Assembly: GCA_964568585.1 (NCBI GenBank)
Contig: CAZMQI010000004.1
Span: 11,312 to 75,311, forward strand
DNA length: 64,000 bases
Origin: an uncultured Rhodospirillales bacterium
GTDB taxonomy: Bacteria; Pseudomonadota; Alphaproteobacteria; UBA9219; RGZA01
Direction of reading: 5' to 3'
In this document: piece after piece, positions 19,001 through 27,597 of the stretch
Layout: each line of letters starts with the position of its first letter
Numbering within the stretch: position 1 is the first letter of the stretch
Position numbers and translations under genes: made by a program
Notes under the pieces: generated by a model
Told to the model about the DNA's origin: nothing
Databases searched by the model: none
Seen by the model: the letters and a program-made list of their open reading frames with translations, nothing else

Positions 19001-20938
19001 ATGGCGGGCGACGTGTTCGGCAACGGCATGCTGTTATCGCAGCACATCCGTTTAGTCGGTGCGTTCAACCACAAACACATCTTCATCGACCCATCCCCTG
19101 ACAGTGCGAAATCATTCGTTGAACGCCAACGTCTGTTTGATTTACCCGGCAGCCAATGGAGCGATTACGACAAGAAACTGATTAGCAAGGGCGGCGGCAT
19201 TTATAACCGCGATGCGAAGACCATCCCGCTATCCAAAGAAGCGCGTGATTTATTCAACATCAAGACCGACAGCGTGACCCCAGATGCGCTGATACAGGCG
19301 ATGTTGCAAGCCACCATCGAACTGCTCTATTTCGGCGGTATCGGCACCTATATTAAGGCCGAAGACGAAAACGATGCTGATGTGGGCGATCGTACCAATG
19401 ATGCATGCCGTGTGAATGCCGAAAGCGTTCATGCCCATGTGATTGGCGAAGGCGCGAACCTTGGCATGACCCAAAAGGCGCGTATCGCTTACGCCCTTCG
19501 TGGTGGCCGTTTGAATACCGACGCGATTGATAACTCCGCTGGTGTTGATACATCCGATCATGAAGTGAATATCAAAATCCTGCTGGCCCCCGTTGTGGCA
19601 TCGGGCAAGCTGTCGACCAAATCACGCAACGTATTATTGGCGAAGATGACCGATGATGTTGCTGGCTTGGTCTTACGTGATAATCACCTGCAACCACTTG
19701 CACTTACTGTTACGCAATCACGTGCAGCAGAACTCTTGCCCATCCACGCACGCTTGATGCATGCATTGGAACGCAAAGGGCTGTTGAACCGTAAGGTTGA
19801 ATATCTGCCGAATGATGAAGCCATTCAGGAACGCGCAAGACTTGGTAAGGGTCTCACCCGTCCAGAACTCGCCGTACTCATGGCTTACGCTAAAATCGAT
19901 CTGTACGATGAAATTTTGGCCAGCCAATTGCCGGATAACCCTGCCCTTGAAGATGATTTGTTCATCTATTTCCCCAAAGCGCTGCAAACCGAATACGCAT
20001 CGGCCATCCGCAACCACCGTTTGCGCCGTGAAATCATCGCAACCTTCACCACCAATTCATTGGTGAACCGTGGCGGCACGCATCTTATCCAGATGATGCA
20101 GGAAAAAACCGGCAAATCCCCTGCGGAAATCGCGGGTGCCTATGCCGTGCTGCGTACTGTCTATGGCCTTCGCGTCACATGGAATGAAATCGAGAAGCTG
20201 GAAGGCAAAATCGATAGCAAGACCACGACCGAGCTATATACCCGCCTTGCCAAGATGATTGAACGCGCAACGCCGTGGTATGTAAAACATTCCACCATCG
20301 CCAACAGCCAAGCCTTGATTAAAAAGCATAGCGATGCCGTGGTGACCTTACGTAAATGGATGAGCGCACGCGCCGATGAATTCATCACCCGCGATGAAAA
20401 CGAACAACGCGCTTCCGATTTCCGTAAAGCCGGTGTTCCAGCCAAAATCGTGGATGATATTCTGGGTCTGCCCGTTTTGGCGCATATCCCCGAAATCGTC
20501 AGCCTGTCGGAAAAAACCGGCCGCAGCCTTGAAAGCGTCGCGGAGTTATACTTCGCCGTGGAACAACGCTTCCGCATCTTCTGGCTGCGTACGCAGGCAC
20601 GCGATTTATCATCAGAAAACACATGGCAGCGCGAAGCCGCCACCAATCTGATTGATGATTTGTATGATATGCAATCGGTGCTCACCAACCTTGTGCTGCA
20701 AGCGAACGGCAAAGTTGCCCCAGCAGGCAAAGCTAAAGGTAAGGGCAAGAAGGCATCCCCTACTTCATCCAGCAAGGCGAAGCCCGAACAGCTCATCGAA
20801 CATTGGGCGGAACCAAAGACAGACATTGTGCGCCAATATGGTGTGATGCTTGGCGAAATCGCCGCAACACGTCATGCTGATTTCGCGATGCTGAACCTTG
20901 CGCTGCGTCACCTGCAACAACTTGCTTATAAAGGCTAA
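16004..20938 (+). CDS. NAD-specific glutamate dehydrogenase, large (~180 kDa) type
   Basis: 1644 aa. The central catalytic domain has GDH motifs (IVPVGSKGGF, DKGTAKFSDIAN, GIGDMAGDVFGNGML). Size and architecture match large NAD-GDH. The start is ambiguous (TTG 16004 or GTG 16010). Confidence 0.9.
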   Translation: MTVNAARPISKKSTKESKSAAVKDAPKTVKGKSSNQTVAASKTTSEIKKVLSAHIPARDRTQFHDHDLSAISESMGSFIHERKRGVPKLRVLNPTLKKDGYVSRHTVIMVANDDMPFLVDSTTGELNRMGLGIHLVIHPVVHIVRNERNQFEHFAGKTTSPDELSVESWMYIEIDETHEAAKLAEIAANLERVLYNVRLAVRDWSGMRTKIMETITELPRNETVGLPAGEREETANFLAWLEADNFTFLGARDYHVTGTGKNMHLVTTPGSGLGILTDAVSVMFFGEEGEGSQPTDIHHFLERKQLALITKTYKHSVVHRTTPMDAVLIKRYNASGKLIGERLFVGLFTSSSYNRLAKDVPLIREKISYAIDHAGLDPRSYNGKVFTHILNSYPRDELFQISAAELLETAIGILDLQERQRLALFIRHDAFERFVNCLIYVPRDLYITKLRKEFQRILMNTFKGAHSDYNVKITNESLAQIFIVVRTSKGQIPTYDRAKLEHELEDASRGWSGRLRNELIAAFGENQGLKHAEKYSESFPDAYCDTVNAHESLQDLAFIEDVLQNNALELNLYRPSKATQERIHLKWFSPNVPLSLSLILPIMQDMGLKTNAVLGPYEIKPAGSEKSVWIQDCHAEVKPGIPINLERVKAKFEECLLKVWNNEVEADAYNQLILLADMNWREVVILRAIGKYLRQARLPYSEQAIIRTLSQHPAAARLLAQLFIARHNPELGKEGAKLSAKLEKDIAEYLKDVSMLEEDRILRRMHNVIQNTLRTNYFQKDEQGQPKSYLSFKLDSKKLDGLPLPRPHVEIFVYSPRTEAIHLRGGKVARGGIRWSDRREDFRTEVLGLMKAQQVKNTVIVPVGSKGGFVVKNPKPADMAKEGVACYQIMMRGLLDITDNRVGEKIVPPKNVVRHDEDDPYLVVAADKGTAKFSDIANALSIEYGFWLGDAFASGGSAGYDHKGMGITARGAWEGIKRHFREMGKDIQKEDFTVVGIGDMAGDVFGNGMLLSQHIRLVGAFNHKHIFIDPSPDSAKSFVERQRLFDLPGSQWSDYDKKLISKGGGIYNRDAKTIPLSKEARDLFNIKTDSVTPDALIQAMLQATIELLYFGGIGTYIKAEDENDADVGDRTNDACRVNAESVHAHVIGEGANLGMTQKARIAYALRGGRLNTDAIDNSAGVDTSDHEVNIKILLAPVVASGKLSTKSRNVLLAKMTDDVAGLVLRDNHLQPLALTVTQSRAAELLPIHARLMHALERKGLLNRKVEYLPNDEAIQERARLGKGLTRPELAVLMAYAKIDLYDEILASQLPDNPALEDDLFIYFPKALQTEYASAIRNHRLRREIIATFTTNSLVNRGGTHLIQMMQEKTGKSPAEIAGAYAVLRTVYGLRVTWNEIEKLEGKIDSKTTTELYTRLAKMIERATPWYVKHSTIANSQALIKKHSDAVVTLRKWMSARADEFITRDENEQRASDFRKAGVPAKIVDDILGLPVLAHIPEIVSLSEKTGRSLESVAELYFAVEQRFRIFWLRTQARDLSSENTWQREAATNLIDDLYDMQSVLTNLVLQANGKVAPAGKAKGKGKKASPTSSSKAKPEQLIEHWAEPKTDIVRQYGVMLGEIAATRHADFAMLNLALRHLQQLAYKG

Positions 20939-20946
20939 AATCCTCA

Positions 20947-21900
20947 GTGAAACGCCGTGAACTGTTCAGTCCTTTGGAACCTTACCAAACCGGTAAGCTG
21001 GAGGTGTCTGGGCTTCACACGTTGTATTGGGAATGCAGTGGCAACCCGAAAGGTACGCCGGTCATCTTCCTGCATGGCGGGCCGGGCGCAGGCACACAAA
21101 GCCTGCACCGCCGTTTCTTTGACCCAAAGCATTGGCGCATCATCCTGTTCGATCAACGGGGTTCCGGTAAATCCACGCCGCATGGCGAAATGGCGGAAAA
21201 CACCACGCAGCATCTGGTGGATGATATGGAAAAGCTGCGCGTGCATCTGGGCGTTGAACGCTGGCACGTCTTTGGCGGCTCATGGGGCAGCACCCTTGCA
21301 TTAGCGTATGCGGAAGAACACCCTGCCCGTGTGCTGGGGTTAATCCTGCGCGGCATATGCTTGCTGGAACAATGGGAAATCAACTGGTTCCTCTATGGCC
21401 TTTCCACCGTCTTCCCCGATGCGTGGGAAGCATTCGCCAGTTTGGTGCCCGAAGCAGAGCGCGGCAATCTGCTGGATGCCTATCTGAAATTGATGGATGA
21501 CCCGAACCCCAATATCCGCGTGCGAGCGTACGCCGCGTGGAGCCAGTATGAAAGCAACTGCTCCACCCTGCTGCCGAACCCAGATGTGCAATCCAACCCC
21601 GATGAAGGCAAACGCGCCGCCAGCATTTCACGGCTCGAAGCGCATTATTTCAAAAACAATCTGTTCCAACCGGAAACAAAGCTGATTGATAATGTGCACC
21701 GCATTCGCCACATCCCCGGCGTCATCGTGCATGGCCGTTATGACATGGTGTGCCCCGTTGCCAACGCATTCAAACTACATAAGGCATGGCCGGAAGCCGA
21801 TTTCATCGTCGTTCCCAATGCTGGCCACGCCGCGATGGAACCCGGCATCCGCAGCGCACTGATTGAAGCGACGGATCGATTTAAGGATATTGTGGTCTGA
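20947..21900 (+). CDS. pip: prolyl aminopeptidase (proline iminopeptidase, alpha/beta hydrolase)
   Basis: 317 aa. HGGPG oxyanion motif and GGSWGSTLALAYA nucleophile elbow. GTG start. Confidence 0.9.
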   Translation: MKRRELFSPLEPYQTGKLEVSGLHTLYWECSGNPKGTPVIFLHGGPGAGTQSLHRRFFDPKHWRIILFDQRGSGKSTPHGEMAENTTQHLVDDMEKLRVHLGVERWHVFGGSWGSTLALAYAEEHPARVLGLILRGICLLEQWEINWFLYGLSTVFPDAWEAFASLVPEAERGNLLDAYLKLMDDPNPNIRVRAYAAWSQYESNCSTLLPNPDVQSNPDEGKRAASISRLEAHYFKNNLFQPETKLIDNVHRIRHIPGVIVHGRYDMVCPVANAFKLHKAWPEADFIVVPNAGHAAMEPGIRSALIEATDRFKDIVV

Positions 21901-22941
21901 TTATCCCACTTTTCGTTGATATGATGCGGCCGTTGAATTGGCAATTGATACCAGCCATAGCATCACAGGCACTTCCACCAACACGCCCACCACGGTGGCC
22001 AAGGCCGCGCCGGATTGTAACCCGAATAAACTAATCGCCACCGCCACCGCCAATTCAAAGAAGTTCGATGAGCTAATCAACGCAGCGGGCGCGGCGATTG
22101 TTTGTGTCACACGTGCCTTATACATCCACACATAGGCGAGTGTAAACATCAGCAGACTTTGCAATAAAATCGGCACGCCAATCAGCGCAATCACCAATGG
22201 CTTATCCAGTAATGTCTGCGCCTGAAATCCGAATAGCAATACCACCGTCGCCAACAACCCAAGCACGGAATAAGGCTTTAAATGAGAAAGAAAAGACTGA
22301 AGTTTCTGTTCGCCCTGCGCCAATAATTTTTTTCGTGTTACATATCCCGCAACAATCGGAATGATAACGTATAGCCCAATCGATAATATCAACGTTTCCC
22401 AAGGCACGGTTATATTGGTAATCCCCAGAAGCAATGATACAAGCGGCGCATAGGCCACCATCAATATCACATTGTTAATCGCAACCTGCACCAGCGTGTA
22501 ATTGGGGTTTCCACCCACCAACCGGCTCCATACAAACACCATCGCCGTGCATGGCGCAGCACCAAGCAGAATAAGCCCTGCGATATAATTCTGTGCATCT
22601 TGCGCCGGAATAAAACCGGCAAAGATGTGCTGTAAAAATAATATGCCAAGCCCCGCCATGCTGAACGGCATCACCAGCCATGTGACGATAAAGCTGATGA
22701 TGAACGGTTTCGGGCTTTTGGTGACTTCCCTTAGATTTGAAAAATCCACATTCACCATCATCGGGTAAATCATCACCCAGATAAGAACGGCAACAACCAG
22801 ATTAACGCTGGCCACCTCATAATGTGCGATGGCTTGAAACAGCGACGGCATAAGCGACCCCAGCCCAACCCCAGCGACAATACACAGCCCCACCCAAATC
22901 GATAGATAGCGTTCAAAAAAACCTAAGGGGGATGCGTTCAT
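21901..22941 (-). CDS. arsB: arsenite efflux transporter, ACR3 family
   Basis: 346 aa with 10 TM segments. N-terminus (FFERYLSIWVGLCIVAGVGLG) and overall sequence are typical of ACR3. 4-bp overlap with arsC. Confidence 0.9.
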   Translation of the reverse strand: MNASPLGFFERYLSIWVGLCIVAGVGLGSLMPSLFQAIAHYEVASVNLVVAVLIWVMIYPMMVNVDFSNLREVTKSPKPFIISFIVTWLVMPFSMAGLGILFLQHIFAGFIPAQDAQNYIAGLILLGAAPCTAMVFVWSRLVGGNPNYTLVQVAINNVILMVAYAPLVSLLLGITNITVPWETLILSIGLYVIIPIVAGYVTRKKLLAQGEQKLQSFLSHLKPYSVLGLLATVVLLFGFQAQTLLDKPLVIALIGVPILLQSLLMFTLAYVWMYKARVTQTIAAPAALISSSNFFELAVAVAISLFGLQSGAALATVVGVLVEVPVMLWLVSIANSTAASYQRKVG

Positions 22942-23408
22942 AACTTACCTATATCGTTTAATGTTTGAGCAAAAACGGCTTTATCCAGATTTTCTGGTAA
23001 CGCAACCAACGCCCGTATACGTGTATGTAATTGATCGAACACAGCATTGAATACGGCCTGTTTTTCAGTATCTGTACCTTGGGCATGTGCGGGGTCTGGC
23101 ACGCCCCAATGCGCTTTTAATGGCGCGCCAAAAAATACGGGGCACACTTCACCAGCGGCATTATCACAAACGGTAATAACCAGATCAAAAGCTTGCCCTG
23201 ATAATTCATCCCATGATTTGCTGCGATAGCCTTCGGCGTTTATTCCATGCGCCTTTAACGTAGCAAGACTGGTTGGATGCACAAAACCGGATGGCTGGCT
23301 GCCAGCACTATAGGCTTTGAATTTCCCTTCCCCCAACTGATTTAATAAGCCTTCTGCCATGATGCTGCGGCAAGAATTGCCCGTGCATAAGAATAAAACA
23401 TGCTTCAT
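22938..23408 (-). CDS. arsC: arsenate reductase, thioredoxin-coupled LMW-PTP family
   Basis: P-loop CTGNSCRS plus the downstream Cys pair (CDNAAGEVCP) characteristic of the Trx-dependent ArsC type. Confidence 0.9.
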   Translation of the reverse strand: MKHVLFLCTGNSCRSIMAEGLLNQLGEGKFKAYSAGSQPSGFVHPTSLATLKAHGINAEGYRSKSWDELSGQAFDLVITVCDNAAGEVCPVFFGAPLKAHWGVPDPAHAQGTDTEKQAVFNAVFDQLHTRIRALVALPENLDKAVFAQTLNDIGKL

Positions 23409-23423
23409 TATTTACTCCGGATT

Positions 23424-23750
23424 TTATTTCTTTTTCTTCTTTGGCGGGCAGCACGCCCCGCTTTTATCACGCACACAGCAATTCTCGATTAAATACCCAA
23501 GCAAGCCGTCAATCGTTTTGGTGTTTGCCGAATAGATAATTGAACGCCCTTTACGCTGCGACATGGCCAAACCCGCGTGGCTTAAATGCGTTAGATGGAA
23601 CGACAATGTGTTATGCGGAATGCCCAATTCCTTGCCGATGACACCTGCGGCAACGCCCTGCTCACCATATTCAATCAGCAGCCTGAACACATTCAGGCGT
23701 GTTTCTTGTGATAAAGCAGACAGAGCTATGACGGCTTGATTTATATCCAT
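23424..23750 (-). CDS. arsR: ArsR/SmtB family arsenic-responsive repressor with C-terminal Cys cluster and poly-Lys tail
   Basis: Winged HTH (LNVFRLLIEYGEQGVAAGVIGKELGIPHNTLSFHLTHL). No ELCVCDL site in helix 3; instead a C-terminal ENCCVRDKSGACC, then PPKKKKK. Confidence 0.85.
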   Translation of the reverse strand: MDINQAVIALSALSQETRLNVFRLLIEYGEQGVAAGVIGKELGIPHNTLSFHLTHLSHAGLAMSQRKGRSIIYSANTKTIDGLLGYLIENCCVRDKSGACCPPKKKKK

Positions 23751-23772
23751 ATGTCCAGATATATAGACATAT
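23749..23772. promoter_or_regulatory. candidate ArsR operator: inverted repeat ATATGTC-N10-GACATAT overlapping the arsR start codon
   Basis: Perfect 7-bp inverted repeat with a 10-bp AT-rich spacer, placed exactly at the 5' end of arsR. ArsR family repressors autoregulate through such dyads. Confidence 0.5.
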
Positions 23773-23929
23773 TATCATGAATGCAAGTTTTTTTATGATT
23801 TACCCCGTATGAACAACTTCAAAAAATTCTAAAAACAAATTACGCATTTGCATTTTGCAAAGCTTGAAAATGCTGGTGCATTTTCGTCAACCACATTCTT
23901 GCTAAACCACTCTTTTCAACCTCTGGATG

Positions 23930-23945
23930 TGTTTCACGTGAAACA
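23930..23945. promoter_or_regulatory. perfect 16-bp palindrome TGTTTCACGTGAAACA, with an additional TGTTTCAC half-site 31 bp downstream (23961..23968)
   Basis: Read directly from the sequence. It lies in the AT-rich region between the ompA terminator and the arsR promoter. Confidence 0.4.
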
Positions 23946-24020
23946 TTTTTGATAAGCATCTGTTTCACAAACGCAATTTCGAACTAATCAATTTGGCCCG
24001 AAAAAAGATAAGAAAAAAGA

Positions 24021-24055
24021 TAAAAAAAACCCCGCTATTGCTAGCGGGGTTTTTA
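24021..24055. terminator. bidirectional rho-independent terminator (A-run, hairpin CCCCGCTATTGCTAGCGGGG, T-run)
   Basis: GC-rich perfect 6-bp stem with 8-nt loop, flanked by AAAAAAAA on the 5' side and TTTTT on the 3' side. Immediately downstream of the ompA-like gene on the minus strand. Confidence 0.75.
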
Positions 24056-24076
24056 ATTCTTAAGCGATGAAACCGA

Positions 24077-25201
24077 TTACTGAACCAGTATGATTTCTGC
24101 GCGGCGGTTCTTGGCTTCACGAACATTGTTCGCGGTTGGAACCATCAACTCGCCTTCGCCAGCACCGCGTGTGGTGATTTCGTCGCGTGGGATGCCAAGG
24201 CTAACCATGTAACCCTGCACCATGCTTGCACGGCGATCCGACAAACGCTTGTTATAGCGGCTGCTGCCACGGGTATCGGTGTGACCTGTAACTTGAATAC
24301 GGGCTACACCGCCACGGCGGAATGCATCTGCTGCGCGTTGGATGGTTTCCTTCGCTTCGGCAGTTAAGTAGGTCTTATCGTAGTCAAAGAATACGATATA
24401 GGTTTCAGGAACAACCGGTGGTGGTGGTGGAACCTGCATCATTGGCTGTTGTTGTTGTACCATCATCATGCGTTGTGCAGGAACAACCTGTACTGCGCGT
24501 GGCATAGCACGCATCGCAACGGGGGTTGGCACTTCACGTTCGATGCCGAATACATAGCGCAAGCCCAGCAAGAAGCTGTGGTTGCGGTATTCTGCTTCGC
24601 TGGTTCTAAAGCCACCCACGGTGGTTTTGTATTCTGGATCAAGCGTTGCAAAATAACGGTAATCGGCGGTTACGTCCCAACGTTCGCTGAGTTCGTACGC
24701 CAAACCCGCGATACCTTGGTATGCGAATTCGAATGGATTATTGCTGAACAAGTTGCCACCAAATACGCGGCCTGCATCATTCGCACCAATGATCGCACCA
24801 CCGGCACCGATACCCAAATATGGGGTTACGCCAGATTGGGTTTGGAAGTCGTAGAACAAGTTACCCATGAAGGCGACTGAGTCAAAATTACCCACGGGTG
24901 CACCAGCGCCGGTACCGCTTACTACATCAACGGTGTTGCGGCGATATGCGATTTCAAATTCAGGGCGGAGCTGGTTTTCAAAGCCAAAACCAATCGAGCC
25001 ATCGAGCAAGAAACCTGGATCTGATTCAATGCGGTTGGTGGTTACGCCAATCTTGGTATCATTGTCTTGAAGGAAGTTCACACCTGCGCCTGCGCCGATG
25101 TACCAACCTTGTTTAGGATAAGCTTCCGCAGAACCCGGAATAATAAGCGCGATGGCTAATGCCGCTGCTGCAAGTTTGCTGATGAGAAAATTAGTCTTCA
25201 T
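24077..25201 (-). CDS. OmpA-family outer membrane protein (N-terminal beta-barrel, Pro-rich linker, C-terminal OmpA peptidoglycan-binding domain)
   Basis: Signal peptide (KLAAAALAIALIIPGSAEA) and a barrel region with alternating aromatic and Gly residues. PPPPPVVP linker. The C-terminal OmpA domain carries TGHTDTRGSSRYNKRLSDRRA and NRRAEIILV. Confidence 0.8.
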   Translation of the reverse strand: MKTNFLISKLAAAALAIALIIPGSAEAYPKQGWYIGAGAGVNFLQDNDTKIGVTTNRIESDPGFLLDGSIGFGFENQLRPEFEIAYRRNTVDVVSGTGAGAPVGNFDSVAFMGNLFYDFQTQSGVTPYLGIGAGGAIIGANDAGRVFGGNLFSNNPFEFAYQGIAGLAYELSERWDVTADYRYFATLDPEYKTTVGGFRTSEAEYRNHSFLLGLRYVFGIEREVPTPVAMRAMPRAVQVVPAQRMMMVQQQQPMMQVPPPPPVVPETYIVFFDYDKTYLTAEAKETIQRAADAFRRGGVARIQVTGHTDTRGSSRYNKRLSDRRASMVQGYMVSLGIPRDEITTRGAGEGELMVPTANNVREAKNRRAEIILVQ

Positions 25202-25370
25202 GTCCTACCCTCAATGATCCTTAGTTTGAAACGCTTTAGTTGAATTAGCACTTTTAACGATTTCACCCTAGGCAAAAAACAAATTACCAATGTTAATCAA
25301 TGAGTCAGCTCATTATTGTTGCAATTATGCAACTATTCTTTTTAACCCTTTTTGATGTATCATCTGCGCT

Positions 25371-25750
25371 TCACCAGATGGCTGGATGGCCGCCTCTTTC
25401 GCAAGATTGGGGAGGAAAGTCCGGGCTCCATAAGATTATGGTGCTGGCTAACGGCCAGCGGGGGTGACCCCAGGGAAAGTGCAACAGAAAGATACCGCCA
25501 ATTCGCTTCTAAGACGGGGGTTTTGGTAAGGGTGAAATGGTGCGGTAAGAGCGCACCGCGTTTTTAGTGATAAAAACGGCATGGCAAACCCCACCAGGAG
25601 CAAGACCAAATAGGGATGGTTGGCTGATCTTACCATTAACCATCCGGGTAGGTTGCATGACATGCGGAGTAATCCGCATGCTAGATGAATGGCCGTCTTA
25701 ACACAGTAAAACGTGCGACGACAAAACCCGGCTTACAGGCCATCTGGTGA
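25371..25750 (+). ncRNA. rnpB: RNase P RNA, bacterial type A
   Basis: Conserved blocks GGAGGAAAGTCCGGGCTCCATAAG, GGTAAGGGTGAAATGGTGCGGTAAGAGCGCACC and ACAAAACCCGGCTTA (P4 halves). P1 is formed by 5' TCACCAGATGGC and 3' GCCATCTGGTGA. Confidence 0.85.
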
Positions 25751-25833
25751 TATTTTAATAAAGATGAAATCCTATACTTTCAATTCCGCGTGATACATTT
25801 GGATGTCGATTTTAATATTTATCGGGACAAATA

Positions 25834-27597
25834 ATGGTCACCATCGCACAACCAATTGTTGAATTAAAAAGAAGACAACTCGTTGATGCAGTTGCGGCAT
25901 TCAACACGCAAGATGAATTATACAACAATCTGCACCGCAATATTCCTGAGCTTAGAACCACGTTGCAAAGCGCAGAAGCCGCCCTGCTTGCACGAACAAA
26001 CGAAAAAACACCACGCGATGAAGCGGTAACTGCTAAAACACGCGCGCATAGCGAAGCAGAAGCATTAGTACAGCCAGCCGTTGATAAAGAAGCCGAAGAA
26101 AAAACCAAATCCGAAGCGGCTGAAGAAAAACTAAGAGATTTACGTATCGAAATCGGAAGAGCAAATAGCGAATTAGGCGATGCAACCCGCGACCTCGAAG
26201 CGCTCGGTCTTGATATAAGTACTGCCGAAGGATTGCTGACACAAGCAAGACGAAGACTTGAAGAAGTGCGGACCGCAAAAGCAGCATCCGAAGCACGCCT
26301 GCGTGAAGCCGAAGCAAAAGCTGCGTTATCGGCTGCTGCCGCCGCTGCCCCCGCTCCTGATGGTAAAATTGCAAGGTTACGTGCAGCAGCTGCTGCACGC
26401 ATAAAAGGCACACCAGCACAAATCGCAGCCGCCGATGCACTTGCGGTAGAACACGCAAAAGGTGCTAATGCAATTAACCAAGCAACACTTGAAGGCATTG
26501 AAGAGAAAGTAACCCGTGATGACGAAGCACTTAATGATGGTACAACCGGTTTAAAATCGAAACTGCCAGCGGCAGAACAGCTAGTTCGCGAGAAAACAAC
26601 CGCGCATAACGACCTTAAAGGCCAAGAAGCCGGACTAATGCAAGCGGCAACTGAAGCAGCGACAGCATATCAAGAAGCACAAGCAGACACGGGTAGAAAA
26701 AAAGCGGATGCAGAAGCAAAACTAAGACAAAAAGAAGAAGCTGTTCGACAGCAAACTGTTGCAGCACAGGCAATCACTGATGCAACAGAGAAACGCGATA
26801 CAGCGCGACAAAACCTAGACGAAGAAGAAGCAAAGGTTGAGCCCGCAAAACTTGAAAGAGCGCGTTTAAAAGACGCAGCAGAAAAAGCAAAAGCCGCGGT
26901 AGAGCTTGCAATAAATGAAGAAGCCGAGCGTAAAGCTGTTGCAGAGCTGGGCAATATTGTAAGCCTTGCAATCGGCGCCGATAATATGGGCAAAGGGGAT
27001 AGCTTCAACGATCAGCAGATAATAGGGATTGTTAGAATTCTGAATGATCAACTGAAGCGCTCAGGTGCATGGGGTGATACTGTCCATCACACAATTTCAC
27101 ATGATAAAGATAAAATCGTTTTTGATGACCGCATAAAACCCAACAAGCCGGGAACAGTGACAAGAATGATTATTGTTAATCCACGCACCATCGATATCAA
27201 AGGCGATATGGATGACAAAACCATTCAAGCCGCATTAATCGCAGCGAATGCAATGTGGGGTGAACAGGGCATTCAAATCAAAACCATCGACCCATGGTTG
27301 AAGTCACGCCTTCTGGCAAATGCCGACCATTTGCACAAATTGGGCTTAATTAAAAAATACAAAACCAAAACACTGTTTGGAACTGTGGGTGAAGGATTTG
27401 CAAACGCAAAAGGGTTGGTCACTGCACCGCGCGACACATGGCGTTTTGGCACAAAGGGGATCACCTATCGCCATCGTTTGGATTGCCTTGAACACGGTTT
27501 GGAGAGCAACACATTGCGCCCTGTTAAGTGGTACAAACTTGGTGGCATGAAAAACGGTATCAGCGCAGCCGCCCCTGCCCCTGGCAGAACCGCATAA
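25834..27597 (+). CDS. hypothetical protein: ~400-aa Ala/Glu/Lys-rich coiled coil followed by a ~190-aa globular C-terminal domain of unknown function
   Basis: 587-aa ORF. The N-terminal region is heptad-like and low complexity (AEAKAALSAAAAAAPAPDGKIARLRAAAAARIKG). The C-terminal region is non-repetitive (GDSFNDQQIIGIVRILNDQLKRSGAWGDTVHHT...WRFGTKGITYRHRLDCLEHG). The antisense ORFs are A/S/R-rich artefacts. Confidence 0.6.
   Translation: MVTIAQPIVELKRRQLVDAVAAFNTQDELYNNLHRNIPELRTTLQSAEAALLARTNEKTPRDEAVTAKTRAHSEAEALVQPAVDKEAEEKTKSEAAEEKLRDLRIEIGRANSELGDATRDLEALGLDISTAEGLLTQARRRLEEVRTAKAASEARLREAEAKAALSAAAAAAPAPDGKIARLRAAAAARIKGTPAQIAAADALAVEHAKGANAINQATLEGIEEKVTRDDEALNDGTTGLKSKLPAAEQLVREKTTAHNDLKGQEAGLMQAATEAATAYQEAQADTGRKKADAEAKLRQKEEAVRQQTVAAQAITDATEKRDTARQNLDEEEAKVEPAKLERARLKDAAEKAKAAVELAINEEAERKAVAELGNIVSLAIGADNMGKGDSFNDQQIIGIVRILNDQLKRSGAWGDTVHHTISHDKDKIVFDDRIKPNKPGTVTRMIIVNPRTIDIKGDMDDKTIQAALIAANAMWGEQGIQIKTIDPWLKSRLLANADHLHKLGLIKKYKTKTLFGTVGEGFANAKGLVTAPRDTWRFGTKGITYRHRLDCLEHGLESNTLRPVKWYKLGGMKNGISAAAPAPGRTA

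Noticed and set aside
16277-20826. Numerous 60-220-aa ORFs on both strands inside gdhB and other long genes
   Set aside because: They are embedded in well-supported long CDSs with conserved motifs, so they are frame-shadow ORFs.
25352-25663. ORFs 25352..25567(+) and 25448..25663(-)
   Set aside because: They lie entirely within the RNase P RNA gene. The region matches rnpB conserved blocks, so these are non-coding.
25812-27008. Long antisense ORFs (25812..26498, 26033..26458, 26670..27008) opposite the coiled-coil gene
   Set aside because: A/S/R-rich low-complexity translations. This is the typical mirror artefact of a GCA/GAA-rich coiled-coil gene.
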